64,000 bases of DNA from Kaistia sp. (lineage in GTDB: Bacteria > Pseudomonadota > Alphaproteobacteria > Rhizobiales > Kaistiaceae), in contig DATMGR010000032.1 of NCBI GenBank assembly GCA_035555375.1, forward strand, positions 251,292-315,291, in the 5' to 3' direction. The position numbers and the translations under genes are program-made. The notes beneath the pieces were generated by a model. It worked only from the letters and a program-made list of their open reading frames with translations. It did not search any database and was not told where the DNA came from. Shown here piece by piece: positions 32,150-41,318 of this stretch (position 1 is the first letter of the stretch; every line of letters starts with the position of its first letter).

Positions 32150-32214
32150 CAGCGGTTCCACTCGTGAGCCGGAAACGCGCATATCACGCGCTGGCGGCGC
32201 TCGTAAAGCGCCAA

Positions 32215-32676
32215 TCACCAGAACGGGTCGAGCGCTTCGCCATGCAGGATCTCGGCGAGGCGCCGCCGCGTTGCCGGCGTCGAGTCATCCGGGAGCGCGG
32301 CGGGATCGAAGAAGCCAACCTCGGCGATCTCGCGATTGGGATAACGCGGCGGGTTCGGCCGGCCGAAATCGCGGCTGACATAGACCAGCACATGATCACG
32401 CACGCGCCGGCGATTATGATAGACGCCAAACAGCGTCGGCGCGCCTTCGAGAACGATGCCGCCTTCCTCGCGCAGTTCGCGGCCAAGCGCCTCGATCGCC
32501 GTCTCCCGCCTCTCGATACCGCCGCCGGGCAGATACCAGCCGGGCATGTAGCTGTGGCGGACCAGGAAGACGCGGCCGTCGGCATCGATGCAGCAACCGC
32601 GCACGCCGAGCGTCATCCCGCGCGTCAGCGGCGCGATCGTGCCGGCAAGACGGGCCAAGGCAGAGAAAACGGGCAA
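32215..32676 (-). CDS. Nudix hydrolase
   Basis: LVRHSY..GWYLPGGG, Nudix box GGGIERRETAIEALGRELREEGGI; start uncertain. Confidence 0.88.
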   Translation of the reverse strand: MPVFSALARLAGTIAPLTRGMTLGVRGCCIDADGRVFLVRHSYMPGWYLPGGGIERRETAIEALGRELREEGGIVLEGAPTLFGVYHNRRRVRDHVLVYVSRDFGRPNPPRYPNREIAEVGFFDPAALPDDSTPATRRRLAEILHGEALDPFW

Positions 32677-32845
32677 GCGATCTGTCCTCGAAAGTAGGAT
32701 GTAGTCGGCGGGCAGGATGGCGCAGTTGAGCCGCCTCTGCCAGCTCGTTTCAGGGAGCGCTTTCCCGGCGGATGCGTTGGGACAAGTCGGCGCGGTCGCC
32801 CCGGCGCGCTTTCGCCGATCCCGGAAAGGCTCTAATCGATACGCG

Positions 32846-33742
32846 ATGTTCGTTCTTGCCCACCTTTCCGATCCGCATCTCGGCCCCCTGCCCCGGATCC
32901 GCGCCCGCGAGCTCGCCTCGAAGCGCGTGCTCGGCTATGTCAACTGGCGGCGCGGCCGCATGCATGCGCTGGCCGGGCCCGTGCTGGCGGGACTGCTCGA
33001 CGATCTCATCGCGCATCGGCCGGATCACATCGCGGTCACTGGCGACCTCGTCAATATCGGCCTGCCCGGCGAGATCATCGCGGCGCGCGAGTGGCTCGAG
33101 GCCTTCGGCCCGCCCCATCACATCTCCGTGGTACCGGGCAATCACGATGCCTATGTGCCCGGCGTCCTGCGCAAGGCGCTCACCGCCTGGGCGCCCTATC
33201 TGACCGGCGATGGCCATACGCATCCGGGCGCCGTGCTGTTTCCCTATTATCGCCGTCGCGGCAATGTCGCGCTCATCGGCGTATCGAGCGCCCGGGCATC
33301 GGCGCCCTTCATGGCCACCGGCCATGTCGACAGCGCCACATTGCCGACCTTGCGCGACGAACTCGTGCGGGCCGGCAGGGATGGCCTCTTCCGTGTCGTG
33401 ATGATCCATCATCCGCCAACGCAGAATGCCACCCCCTGGCACAAGCGGCTCGTCGGTTCGGGGCGCGTGCGGGCCATCATCCGCGAGGCGGGCGCCGAAC
33501 TCGTGCTGCATGGCCATACCCATCTCGACAGCCTGGTCGAGATCGAGGGCCGCGACGGGCCCGTGCCGGTGATCGGCGTTCCCTCGGCGTCGAACGCGCC
33601 CGGCGGTCCAAAGCCGGCCGGCCGCTACAATCTGTTTTCGATCGATGGCGCGCCCGGCGCCTGGCGCTGCCTGATGACCGAGCGCGGCTATACGGGCCCG
33701 GGCTCAGTGGTCGGCACAATCCGCGAGCGCAAGCTGCGCTGA
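32846..33742 (+). CDS. Calcineurin-like metallophosphoesterase
   Basis: SDPH, TGDLVN, PGNHD, IHHP, HGHTH. Confidence 0.9.
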   Translation: MFVLAHLSDPHLGPLPRIRARELASKRVLGYVNWRRGRMHALAGPVLAGLLDDLIAHRPDHIAVTGDLVNIGLPGEIIAAREWLEAFGPPHHISVVPGNHDAYVPGVLRKALTAWAPYLTGDGHTHPGAVLFPYYRRRGNVALIGVSSARASAPFMATGHVDSATLPTLRDELVRAGRDGLFRVVMIHHPPTQNATPWHKRLVGSGRVRAIIREAGAELVLHGHTHLDSLVEIEGRDGPVPVIGVPSASNAPGGPKPAGRYNLFSIDGAPGAWRCLMTERGYTGPGSVVGTIRERKLR

Positions 33743-33764
33743 CGGCCGCCCGACAGACGCATGC

Positions 33765-34391
33765 TCAGCCGACATGCACCCAGGCATAGGCGAGCAGTGC
33801 CGCCACGCCGACAAGTAGGCCGCCCAGAAAGGCCGACACGATCCAGCCGGGATGCACGCGCGACCGCGGCATGGCAGGCTCGACCGTCTCGGGCGACTTC
33901 CGCAGCAGCGCCGATCGCTTGTCGGCCTTCACCGTCGTCTCGTCCTGGCGCTGTATGCGGTCGGCAAGCCAATCCGCCTCCAGCGCCCGTTCGCGCTCGA
34001 TGATCCGCTCTGCGACATATTGCGTGATGCAATCAGCCATGTCGTCGAGATCGGCCGTCTCGAGGATCACGGTGCGGCCGAGCCGTGTGTCCTTGACGAA
34101 GCGATAGGTCCGGCGGTCGCGGCCCATCAGCACCATCGACGTCATGTCGATCCAGAAGCGCGGCTGGCTGCCACCCGAGATCTGGAACACAAACTGCTCG
34201 TCGCCTTCGGGCACTTCCGCGAAGACGGTGCGGAGTTCGTCGGCCAGCATGTCGAGGCGCGCGCGCTCCGCCTCGCGCAGTTCGACGACGACGTCGGTGC
34301 GCTCGGATTCCGCGACGCGAACCTTGCGGATTGCGTCGGTCAGGTTACGCACGTTCGACGTGGTGCCGCTCCGCCCGCTCGTGTCATTCAT
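33765..34391 (-). CDS. Hypothetical protein with C-terminal TM anchor
   Basis: 208-aa ORF; helical N-terminus, RFWIDM..V.MGRDRRTYRFVKDT..GR, terminal hydrophobic helix. Confidence 0.75.
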   Translation of the reverse strand: MNDTSGRSGTTSNVRNLTDAIRKVRVAESERTDVVVELREAERARLDMLADELRTVFAEVPEGDEQFVFQISGGSQPRFWIDMTSMVLMGRDRRTYRFVKDTRLGRTVILETADLDDMADCITQYVAERIIERERALEADWLADRIQRQDETTVKADKRSALLRKSPETVEPAMPRSRVHPGWIVSAFLGGLLVGVAALLAYAWVHVG

Positions 34392-34498
34392 CGCTTGCTC
34401 CGAATTGACGCGAAGTTGTTTAGACTCCGTTTAGCAAATTTGGTCACACGACGCATCATCCATCCGCCGTTTGGCGAGCAGGAGGCTTCAATCCGACG

Positions 34499-34975
34499 AT
34501 GACCGAGATCAACGGACCTGCATCCCGCGTGAAGGGCGCCGCCGAATCCTTCGGCTTATCCGTGATTTCCCGGATTATGCCCGAGAAGACCCGTACAGCG
34601 GAAGAGGCCGCGGCCGCCTGCGGCTGTTCGGTGGATGAAATCGTGAAATCGCTGGTGTTTCGCGGTGCGCAATCCGGCAAGGGCGTGCTCCTACTTGTTT
34701 CGGGCGCCAATCGCGTGAACGAGGACAAAGTAGCCGGCCCGCTCGGCGAGCAGATCATGCGGCCGGATGCCGCCTTCGTGCGCGCGCTCACCGGTTTTGC
34801 CATCGGCGGCATCCCGCCTTTCGGTCATGCAACGCCATTGCCGACCTATATCGACCGCGACCTTCTGGCGCATGAAACCGTCTGGGCCGCAGCCGGCACG
34901 CCGCATGCCATCTTCGCCATCGATCCAAAGGCGCTGGCCGAGGCGATCGGCGCCATCGTCATCGACGTCAAGTAG
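34499..34975 (+). CDS. YbaK/EbsC (aminoacyl-tRNA deacylase) family protein
   Basis: TRTAEEAA, IVKSLVF, TGFAIGGIPPFGH, WAAAGTP. Confidence 0.9.
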   Translation: MTEINGPASRVKGAAESFGLSVISRIMPEKTRTAEEAAAACGCSVDEIVKSLVFRGAQSGKGVLLLVSGANRVNEDKVAGPLGEQIMRPDAAFVRALTGFAIGGIPPFGHATPLPTYIDRDLLAHETVWAAAGTPHAIFAIDPKALAEAIGAIVIDVK

Positions 34976-35074
34976 CTGTCGCCACGCATGGGTCCGAGGC
35001 GCCGCCGCAGCGTCTCGCGCCTCGCGGCGACATGGGCTCCATCCAGCGGACGTGCAACGGGAGACAGACAGGAC

Positions 35075-36679
35075 ATGCTGCATCGTTTCAAGGAGCAGAC
35101 TGGTTCGGCATGGCGGATGGGCGGCGCAGTCGCCGCGGCGCTGGTCTTGGCCGGAACCCTGGCTCCGCCGGCCTTGGCCGCGACAGTGCTGAAACGCGGC
35201 CTTGTCGGACCTGTCACCATCCTCGACCCGCAAAAGGCGGCGACAACAAGCGAAACGGCGCTGCTGCTCGATCTCTTCGAGGGGCTCGTCACGCGCGACG
35301 CAGCGGGCAGGATCGCGCCGGGCGCCGCCAGCAGTTGGACGGTCAGCCCCGACGGCCTCACCTATACGTTCACGCTGCGCGACGGCGCCCGCTGGTCGAA
35401 TGGCGATGTCGTCAAGGCCGCCGATTTAGTCGCCTCGTTCCGCCGCCTGTTCGATCCGGCCACCGAGGCGACCGAGGATGGTCCCTTGCAGACGATCGCC
35501 AATGCCGGCGCCGTCAAATCGGGCGCTGCCAAGCCGGATACACTCGGCGTCGCGGCGGATGACGACAAGACGCTGACGATCCGGCTCGATCAGGTCACAC
35601 CGACCTTCCTGGAAAGGCTGGCCACGCCGGTGGCGTTGCCAGTCAATGTCGCGGCCGCCAAGAAGCTCGGCACGGACTACGCAACGGGCGCGAAACTCGT
35701 CTCGAACGGCGCCTATATGCTGGGAACCACCGGCGCCCGCAGCGGCTATAAGCTGACGCGCAACCCACGCTGGAACGGGGCGGACACCCCGACGATCGAC
35801 AGCGTCGTCTACCGCCCGTTCGACGGAGCTGCGTCCTGCCTCACCGCCTTCCGGGCGAGCGAGGTCGATCTCTGCCCCGATGTCCCGACCGAAAACCTAT
35901 CGGATCTGAAGGCCGAGTTTGGCGATGCGCTGCGTGTCTCGCCCTATGCCGGAACCTACTTCTATGTCGTCAACCAGCGGAAAAAGCCCTTCGACGACCC
36001 GCGCATTCGCCGCGCCTTAAGCCTGGCCGTCGACCGCGATGCACTCGCCGCCAAGGCATGGTCCGGCGGAATGCTGCCAGCCGACGCTCTCGTCCCCGCC
36101 GGACTGGCGCCCGCCGACCCTGCCCCGGCAACCCCGCTCGCCGCGCGGCGCGACGAGGCGCGCGGCCTCATGGCCGCTGCCGGCTTCGGGCCCGGCCAGC
36201 CGCCGCTGAAGCTCGCGATCCGCGTAGGCAGCGGCATGGCGCATGAGGCGACGGCCGAATGGGTCATCGATGACTGGAAGACGATCGGCGTCGACGGCCA
36301 TGTCCTAAGCGAGCCCGACGGATCCCATTTCGTCGCCCTGCGGGACGGTGCGGATTTCGATCTCGCCTGGGCCGGCTGGATCGCCGACGAGCCGGACGCG
36401 CTCGACATGTTGGAGATCCTGAAGAGCGGGGGGCGGTTCAATTATGGCCGCTATGCCAATCCGGAATTCGACCGGCTGCTCGCTTCGGCCGATGGCGAGA
36501 TGGATGCATCGAGGCGCAACGCCGATCTTGCGGACGCCAGCGCGCTTGTTGCCACCGACGCTCCCGTCATCCCCCTGCTGTCCTATGCTGCGCTCGGTCT
36601 CGTTTCACCCAAGGTGACCGGCTGGACGGACAATCTCGTCAATCAGCATCCGACACGGCTGCTCGGCCTCGAGCCGTAA
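35075..36679 (+). CDS. Peptide ABC substrate-binding protein (family 5, OppA-like), orphan
   Basis: LDP, LFEGLV, YTFTLRDGARWSNG, VSNGAY, PFDDPRIRRALSLAVDR. Confidence 0.88.
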   Translation: MLHRFKEQTGSAWRMGGAVAAALVLAGTLAPPALAATVLKRGLVGPVTILDPQKAATTSETALLLDLFEGLVTRDAAGRIAPGAASSWTVSPDGLTYTFTLRDGARWSNGDVVKAADLVASFRRLFDPATEATEDGPLQTIANAGAVKSGAAKPDTLGVAADDDKTLTIRLDQVTPTFLERLATPVALPVNVAAAKKLGTDYATGAKLVSNGAYMLGTTGARSGYKLTRNPRWNGADTPTIDSVVYRPFDGAASCLTAFRASEVDLCPDVPTENLSDLKAEFGDALRVSPYAGTYFYVVNQRKKPFDDPRIRRALSLAVDRDALAAKAWSGGMLPADALVPAGLAPADPAPATPLAARRDEARGLMAAAGFGPGQPPLKLAIRVGSGMAHEATAEWVIDDWKTIGVDGHVLSEPDGSHFVALRDGADFDLAWAGWIADEPDALDMLEILKSGGRFNYGRYANPEFDRLLASADGEMDASRRNADLADASALVATDAPVIPLLSYAALGLVSPKVTGWTDNLVNQHPTRLLGLEP

Positions 36680-36680
36680 C

Positions 36681-36713
36681 GAAAAGGCCCGGACGCGATG
36701 TCCGGGCCTTCTT
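36681..36713. terminator. Bidirectional intrinsic terminator
   Basis: AAGGCCCGGAC-gcgat-GTCCGGGCCTT with A-rich and T-rich flanks between convergent genes. Confidence 0.8.
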
Positions 36714-36735
36714 GGTCTCCAGCCGATAGAGCGGC

Positions 36736-37002
36736 TTAGCGGCAGGCTGTCGCGTGGCGACGGCCATAGCTGTCGACCCAGTAGCAGCGCTTGCTGGCCG
36801 CATCTCCGATGACCGCTCCGCCAAGGGCGCCAACGCCGGCACCGATCGCTGCGCTCTGAACGTTGCCGCCCGCGATGCCGCCGACGGCCGCGCCGGCAAG
36901 ACCGCCGACGACAGCGCCGTCACCAGCGCCGGACCCCGTCGAGCAGCCGCCGAGAGCGGCGCCGGCCAGGGACACCGCAACGATCAAAATGGATGCCTTC
37001 AT
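36736..37002 (-). CDS. Small glycine-zipper lipoprotein, 88 aa (paralogue B)
   Basis: MKASILIVAVSLAGAALGGC lipobox; GxxxG repeats; C-terminal CYWVDSYGRRHATACR; SD AGAGGAG. Confidence 0.85.
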   Translation of the reverse strand: MKASILIVAVSLAGAALGGCSTGSGAGDGAVVGGLAGAAVGGIAGGNVQSAAIGAGVGALGGAVIGDAASKRCYWVDSYGRRHATACR

Positions 37003-37050
37003 TTCAAGAACTCCTCTGGCGCGATCCACCGTTGGCCGCCTTCGCGGGGA

Positions 37051-37077
37051 AAATGCCTCGGGGAGCGAATTCGTTCC
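37051..37077 (-). promoter_or_regulatory. Candidate EcfG/RpoE2 (general stress response) promoter
   Basis: Minus strand GGAAC-N16-GCATTT about 50 nt upstream of ATG 37002. Confidence 0.55.
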
Positions 37078-37150
37078 CGCATTGCCCGACAAAGACCCAC
37101 CGGCAGATCGTCCTATGCCCGCCCGAGAAGCCATATAGGGCAACAATATG

Positions 37151-37183
37151 AAACAAAAACGGCCGGGCGATGCCCGGCCGTTT
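37151..37183 (-). terminator. Intrinsic terminator of lipoprotein paralogue A
   Basis: AAACGGCCGGGC-N3-GCCCGGCCGTTT followed by TTGTTT on the minus strand. Confidence 0.8.
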
Positions 37184-37202
37184 CGAAGGGAAATCCGCTC
37201 GA

Positions 37203-37475
37203 TCAGCGGCAGGCGGTGTAGTGCTTGCGACCCTGCTGGTCGACCCAATAGCACTTGCCGGTCGCGTCGGCGATGATCGCGCCGCCGATGGCGCCAACGC
37301 CGGCGCCGATGGCCGCACCACCCCAGGTGCCCGTGGCAAGGCCGCCAACCGCTGCACCGGCAAGACCGCCGACAACCGCGCCGTCGCCGGCGCGCGAGCC
37401 GGTGGTCGGCGTATTGCAGCCCGCGAGCAGCGCGCCGAACAGCGCAACCGAAACGAGGGTCGTGACCTTCTTCAT
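37203..37475 (-). CDS. Small glycine-zipper lipoprotein, 90 aa (paralogue A)
   Basis: MKKVTTLVSVALFGALLAGC lipobox; GxxxG repeats; C-terminal CYWVDQQGRKHYTACR; SD AAGGAGG. Confidence 0.88.
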   Translation of the reverse strand: MKKVTTLVSVALFGALLAGCNTPTTGSRAGDGAVVGGLAGAAVGGLATGTWGGAAIGAGVGAIGGAIIADATGKCYWVDQQGRKHYTACR

Positions 37476-37713
37476 TCTGTGGTCCTCCTTGGACGATGGG
37501 CCAGGCCATCCCCGGCTACCGGCTTTGCAGCCATCATTGAACACCCGTTGTCGGAAACAGACCCTTACGACGACGAGCGCCGCGCCGAAATCCGCCCCGC
37601 ACACGACCCCCGCGGGGATCAGGCTCAAGCGCGAGCCTAGCCGTTCCGCTGCGCCCGGAGAAGAGGCAAGCGCCACCGATTGTTGCTGAACGTGACCATT
37701 GTCACAGCGACAT

Positions 37714-39006
37714 TCAGACGATGCCGCTCGAACTGCCCCCTGAGGATGGCCGCTGCTCGGTGACGCGTGCCCGGTAGCCGGAGGCGCGATAGGCCCCGAT
37801 CGGATCGATCGCACCGCCCTTGGCAAGCCGCGCCTTGGCAATGATCGGTCCGACATCGGTGGTGAAGGCCCGCTTCAATGTCTGGTTGGCCATCAGCGCG
37901 TCGTTGGAGTCCTGAAAAGCCCCGAGAACCGATCGGTCGACGAGGAGCGCCTGAGCATAAGCGCGGAGAATCTCGATCGCGCTCGCCATCAGGCTCTCGA
38001 TCGGATCTGTCACATTGTGCGACTGATCGATCATGTAGGCCGGCTTGAAACCCGCGGCCTTGCGATAATCCGCATCGACCAGTTCGTTGAAGATCAGGAA
38101 GAGCTGGAACGGATTGATCGACCCGGCATCGAGATCGTCGTCGCCATATTTCGAATCGTTGAAGTGGAATCCCGCAAGCTTCCCGAACTGGATAAGCCGG
38201 GCGACGATCATCTCGATATTGACGTTCGGCGCATGGTGGCCGAGATCGACGAGGCAGAAGGCCTTCGGCCCGAGTTCCTGCGCGATCAGATAATTGGTGC
38301 CCCAGTCCTGCACCACGGTCGAGTAGAAGGCCGGCTCGTAGAGCTTGTGCTCGGTGAAGACGCGCCAGTCATCCGGCAGCGCCGCATAGACCGATTTCAT
38401 CGCGTCGAGATAGCGCTCGAACGCCCGGGTGAAATTCGACTGGCCGGGGAAGTTCGAGCCGTCGCCGATCCACACCGTGAGCGCCTTGGAGCCGAGCACC
38501 TTGCCGATCTCGATCGTCTCGATGTTGTGCTCGATCGCCTGCTGGCGCACGGCGGCATCGGAATGCGACAGCGAGCCGAACTTGTACGAGAGCGCCTGGT
38601 CCTTCGCGTCCGAGAACGTGTTCGAATTCATCGCATCGAACCCAAGGCCGAGCTGATCGCCCTTCGCCTTGATCTCGGCAGGATCAGCCTTGTCCCAGGG
38701 ATTGTGCAGCGAGACGGTCGGCGTCGAGCGCGTGAGCTGGTGGATGACGGCGCAGTCGTCGAGCTTCTCGAAGATGCCGCGCGGCTCGCCGGGACCTGCA
38801 AAGCGGGCGAAGCGGGTGCCCCCGGTGCCGACGCCCCAGGACGGGATCGCCACGGCAAACGACGCGACCTTCCGCGTGATGGCGTCGATATCGATGCCGC
38901 GCCGGTCGAGCTGTTCGCCGAGCGAGGCATAATCATTGGCGAGCGCCGCCTCTCCGGCCTTGTTGTTCTCGGCAAGGAGATCGGCGGAAATCGGAAGATC
39001 GGTCAT
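37714..39006 (-). CDS. rhaI: L-rhamnose isomerase (rhizobial/Pseudomonas stutzeri type)
   Basis: PSWGVGTGGTRF, EHKLYEPAFY, VDLGHH, FHFNDSKYGDDDLD, DQSHN. Confidence 0.93.
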   Translation of the reverse strand: MTDLPISADLLAENNKAGEAALANDYASLGEQLDRRGIDIDAITRKVASFAVAIPSWGVGTGGTRFARFAGPGEPRGIFEKLDDCAVIHQLTRSTPTVSLHNPWDKADPAEIKAKGDQLGLGFDAMNSNTFSDAKDQALSYKFGSLSHSDAAVRQQAIEHNIETIEIGKVLGSKALTVWIGDGSNFPGQSNFTRAFERYLDAMKSVYAALPDDWRVFTEHKLYEPAFYSTVVQDWGTNYLIAQELGPKAFCLVDLGHHAPNVNIEMIVARLIQFGKLAGFHFNDSKYGDDDLDAGSINPFQLFLIFNELVDADYRKAAGFKPAYMIDQSHNVTDPIESLMASAIEILRAYAQALLVDRSVLGAFQDSNDALMANQTLKRAFTTDVGPIIAKARLAKGGAIDPIGAYRASGYRARVTEQRPSSGGSSSGIV

Positions 39007-39095
39007 GCTGCGGGTCCTCCCCGGTCTGTTGGTCAGCGCTGCGCAGTCCGCCCGTCATAGCCCAGGGCGAGGCCCCGGCACGACAGGACAAGGCG

Positions 39096-41192
39096 TCAGC
39101 GCGTGAAGCTGATCGCGTTGCCCGCGTCCACATTGATGATGTTGCCGGTCGATTTGGCGGACAGGTCGGCCGCGAGGAAGAAGGCGGCCTCGGCGATATC
39201 CTCCGGGAAGACCGAGCGCTTCAGCAGCGAGCGATTGCGGTAGAATTCCTCGAGGTCGTCCTCGCCGATCTTGTTGGAAGAGGCGCGCTGCTGGCGCCAC
39301 TCGCCCTGCCAGATCTTCGAGCCGCGAAGCACGGCGTCAGGATTGATCGTGTTGACGCGGATGCCGAACGGCGCGCCTTCGAGCGCCAGGCAGCGGGCAA
39401 GATGGATCTCGGCCGCCTTGGCGGTGCAATAGGCCGACGCGCCAGCCGAGGCGGCAAGGCCGTTCTTCGAGGCGATGAAGACGATCGAGCCGCCGAGCTT
39501 CTGCGTCTTCATGATCCGGTAGGCCGAGCGCGAGACGAGGAAATAGCCGGTGGCGAGGATCGCGATGTTGCGGTCCCAGACTTCCAGCGTCGTGTCCTCG
39601 AACGGCGCCGCCGAGGAGATGCCGGCATTGGAGACCAGGATGTCGATGCCGCCGAACGCCAGCAGCGTCTCGGTGAATGCCTTCTCGACGTCGCTCTCGC
39701 TGGTCACATTGGCGATCACGCCGCGGATATTATCCTTGCCGAACGCCTTGCCGAACGAGGCGACGGTGTCGTCGAGCGCTTTCTGGTCGATATCGGCGAT
39801 CATCACGACCGCGCCCTCGCGCAGATAGCGCGCGGCCGTCGCCGAGCCGATACCGCCCGCGCCGCCGGTGATGAAGGCGATGCGGCCCGCGAGGCTCTTC
39901 GGCTTCGGCATGCGCTGGAGCTTTGCTTCCTCCAGCAGCCAGTATTCGATGTCGAAGGCCTCCTGCTCGTCGAGGCCGACATAGGTCGAGACCGTCGACG
40001 CGCCGCGCATCACATTGATCGCATTGACATAGAACTCGCCGGAAATGCGGGCCGTCGCCTTGTCGCGGGCAAAGGTGATCATGCCGACGCCGGGGACGAG
40101 ATAGACGACGGCGTTCGGATCGCGCATCGCCGGACTGTCCGGATGCTTGCAGCGCTCGTAATAGGCCGCATAGTCGGCGCGATAGGCGTCGAGCGCCGCG
40201 TCGAGGCCGGCGATCACCGCGTCGATATTGTCGGCGGCCGGATCATAATCGAGCACCAGCGGGCGAATCTTGGTGCGGAGGAAATGGTCGGGGCACGACG
40301 TGCCGAGCGCCGCCAGCGCCTTCAGATCGGCGGAATTGACGAACTCGAGCACGGCCGGCTGGTCATCGAAATGGCCGACCTTCGATTCCGTCTTGCCGAT
40401 ACGGCCGCGGATCTCGGGCATCAGGCGCGCGGCGATGGCGCGGCGCTTCTCGGCGTCGGCCGAGGCGGCAACGGCGCCACCGAAAATCGCCTTGCCTTCG
40501 GTTTCCTTGGCGAACCAGGCGATCGCCTTGTTGATTATCTCGAGCGTCAGCTCGTAGCAATCCTTGGCGTCTTCGGCCCAGGTGAACAGCCCGTGGCTCT
40601 CCAGCACGACGCCCTTGGCATCGGGGTTCTCGTTGGCGAATTTCGACAGCCACAGGCCAAGCTCGAAACCAGGCCGCTTCCAGGGCAGCCAGCCGATCTC
40701 GTCGCCATAGATCGCCTTGGTCAATTCCTTCGAATTCTTCGAGGCGGCGATGGCAATGATCGCGTCGGGATGCATGTGGTCGACATGCTTGTAGGGCACA
40801 TAGGCATGCAGCGGCGTATCGATCGAGGCAGCGCGCGGGTTCAAGTTCCAGGTGCAGTGCGGCAGCAGCCCCACCATCTCGTCCTCATAGGCGAGGCCGC
40901 GATAGATGCCCTTCAGCGCTTCGAGCTTCGACTGGTAGAGCGTCGCGAAGCCGTCAAGCTTGATCGAGCCGACATCGCCGCCCGAACCCTTGACCCAGAG
41001 CACCGTGACGTCCTCGCCGGTGAGCGGATCCTTCTCCGTCACCTTGGCCGAGGTGTTGCCGCCGCCAAAATTCGTGATGCGCTTGTCGGAGCCGAGGAGA
41101 TTGGAACGATACAGCAGGAGCTCGGACTCATTCATTCCGGCCGCCGTGGCATCGTCCCAGCGATTGTCGAGAAGGAGTGAAGTGCCTGTCAT
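39096..41192 (-). CDS. rhaD: Bifunctional rhamnulose-1-phosphate aldolase/short-chain dehydrogenase
   Basis: Aldolase domain GGGNTS, SIDTPLH, DHMHP, SCPDHF; SDR domain TGGAGGIG, NAG, YCTAK. Confidence 0.94.
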   Translation of the reverse strand: MTGTSLLLDNRWDDATAAGMNESELLLYRSNLLGSDKRITNFGGGNTSAKVTEKDPLTGEDVTVLWVKGSGGDVGSIKLDGFATLYQSKLEALKGIYRGLAYEDEMVGLLPHCTWNLNPRAASIDTPLHAYVPYKHVDHMHPDAIIAIAASKNSKELTKAIYGDEIGWLPWKRPGFELGLWLSKFANENPDAKGVVLESHGLFTWAEDAKDCYELTLEIINKAIAWFAKETEGKAIFGGAVAASADAEKRRAIAARLMPEIRGRIGKTESKVGHFDDQPAVLEFVNSADLKALAALGTSCPDHFLRTKIRPLVLDYDPAADNIDAVIAGLDAALDAYRADYAAYYERCKHPDSPAMRDPNAVVYLVPGVGMITFARDKATARISGEFYVNAINVMRGASTVSTYVGLDEQEAFDIEYWLLEEAKLQRMPKPKSLAGRIAFITGGAGGIGSATAARYLREGAVVMIADIDQKALDDTVASFGKAFGKDNIRGVIANVTSESDVEKAFTETLLAFGGIDILVSNAGISSAAPFEDTTLEVWDRNIAILATGYFLVSRSAYRIMKTQKLGGSIVFIASKNGLAASAGASAYCTAKAAEIHLARCLALEGAPFGIRVNTINPDAVLRGSKIWQGEWRQQRASSNKIGEDDLEEFYRNRSLLKRSVFPEDIAEAAFFLAADLSAKSTGNIINVDAGNAISFTR

Positions 41193-41318
41193 GATCGGAA
41201 ATGCCTGTTTTCGGAGCAAGGCCGGCTGGCGCCTCGCCCGGCCGACACGCAAAGACGCGCCGCGACGGATGTCGGGCGGGTTGGATGCTCCAGCTTTCTC
41301 AGGCGAACGCGAGCTTGT

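Noticed and set aside
36736-37509. 257-aa ORF suggesting a fusion or frameshift between the two lipoproteins
   Set aside because: Each paralogue has its own SD, signal peptide and stop, with a terminator between them.
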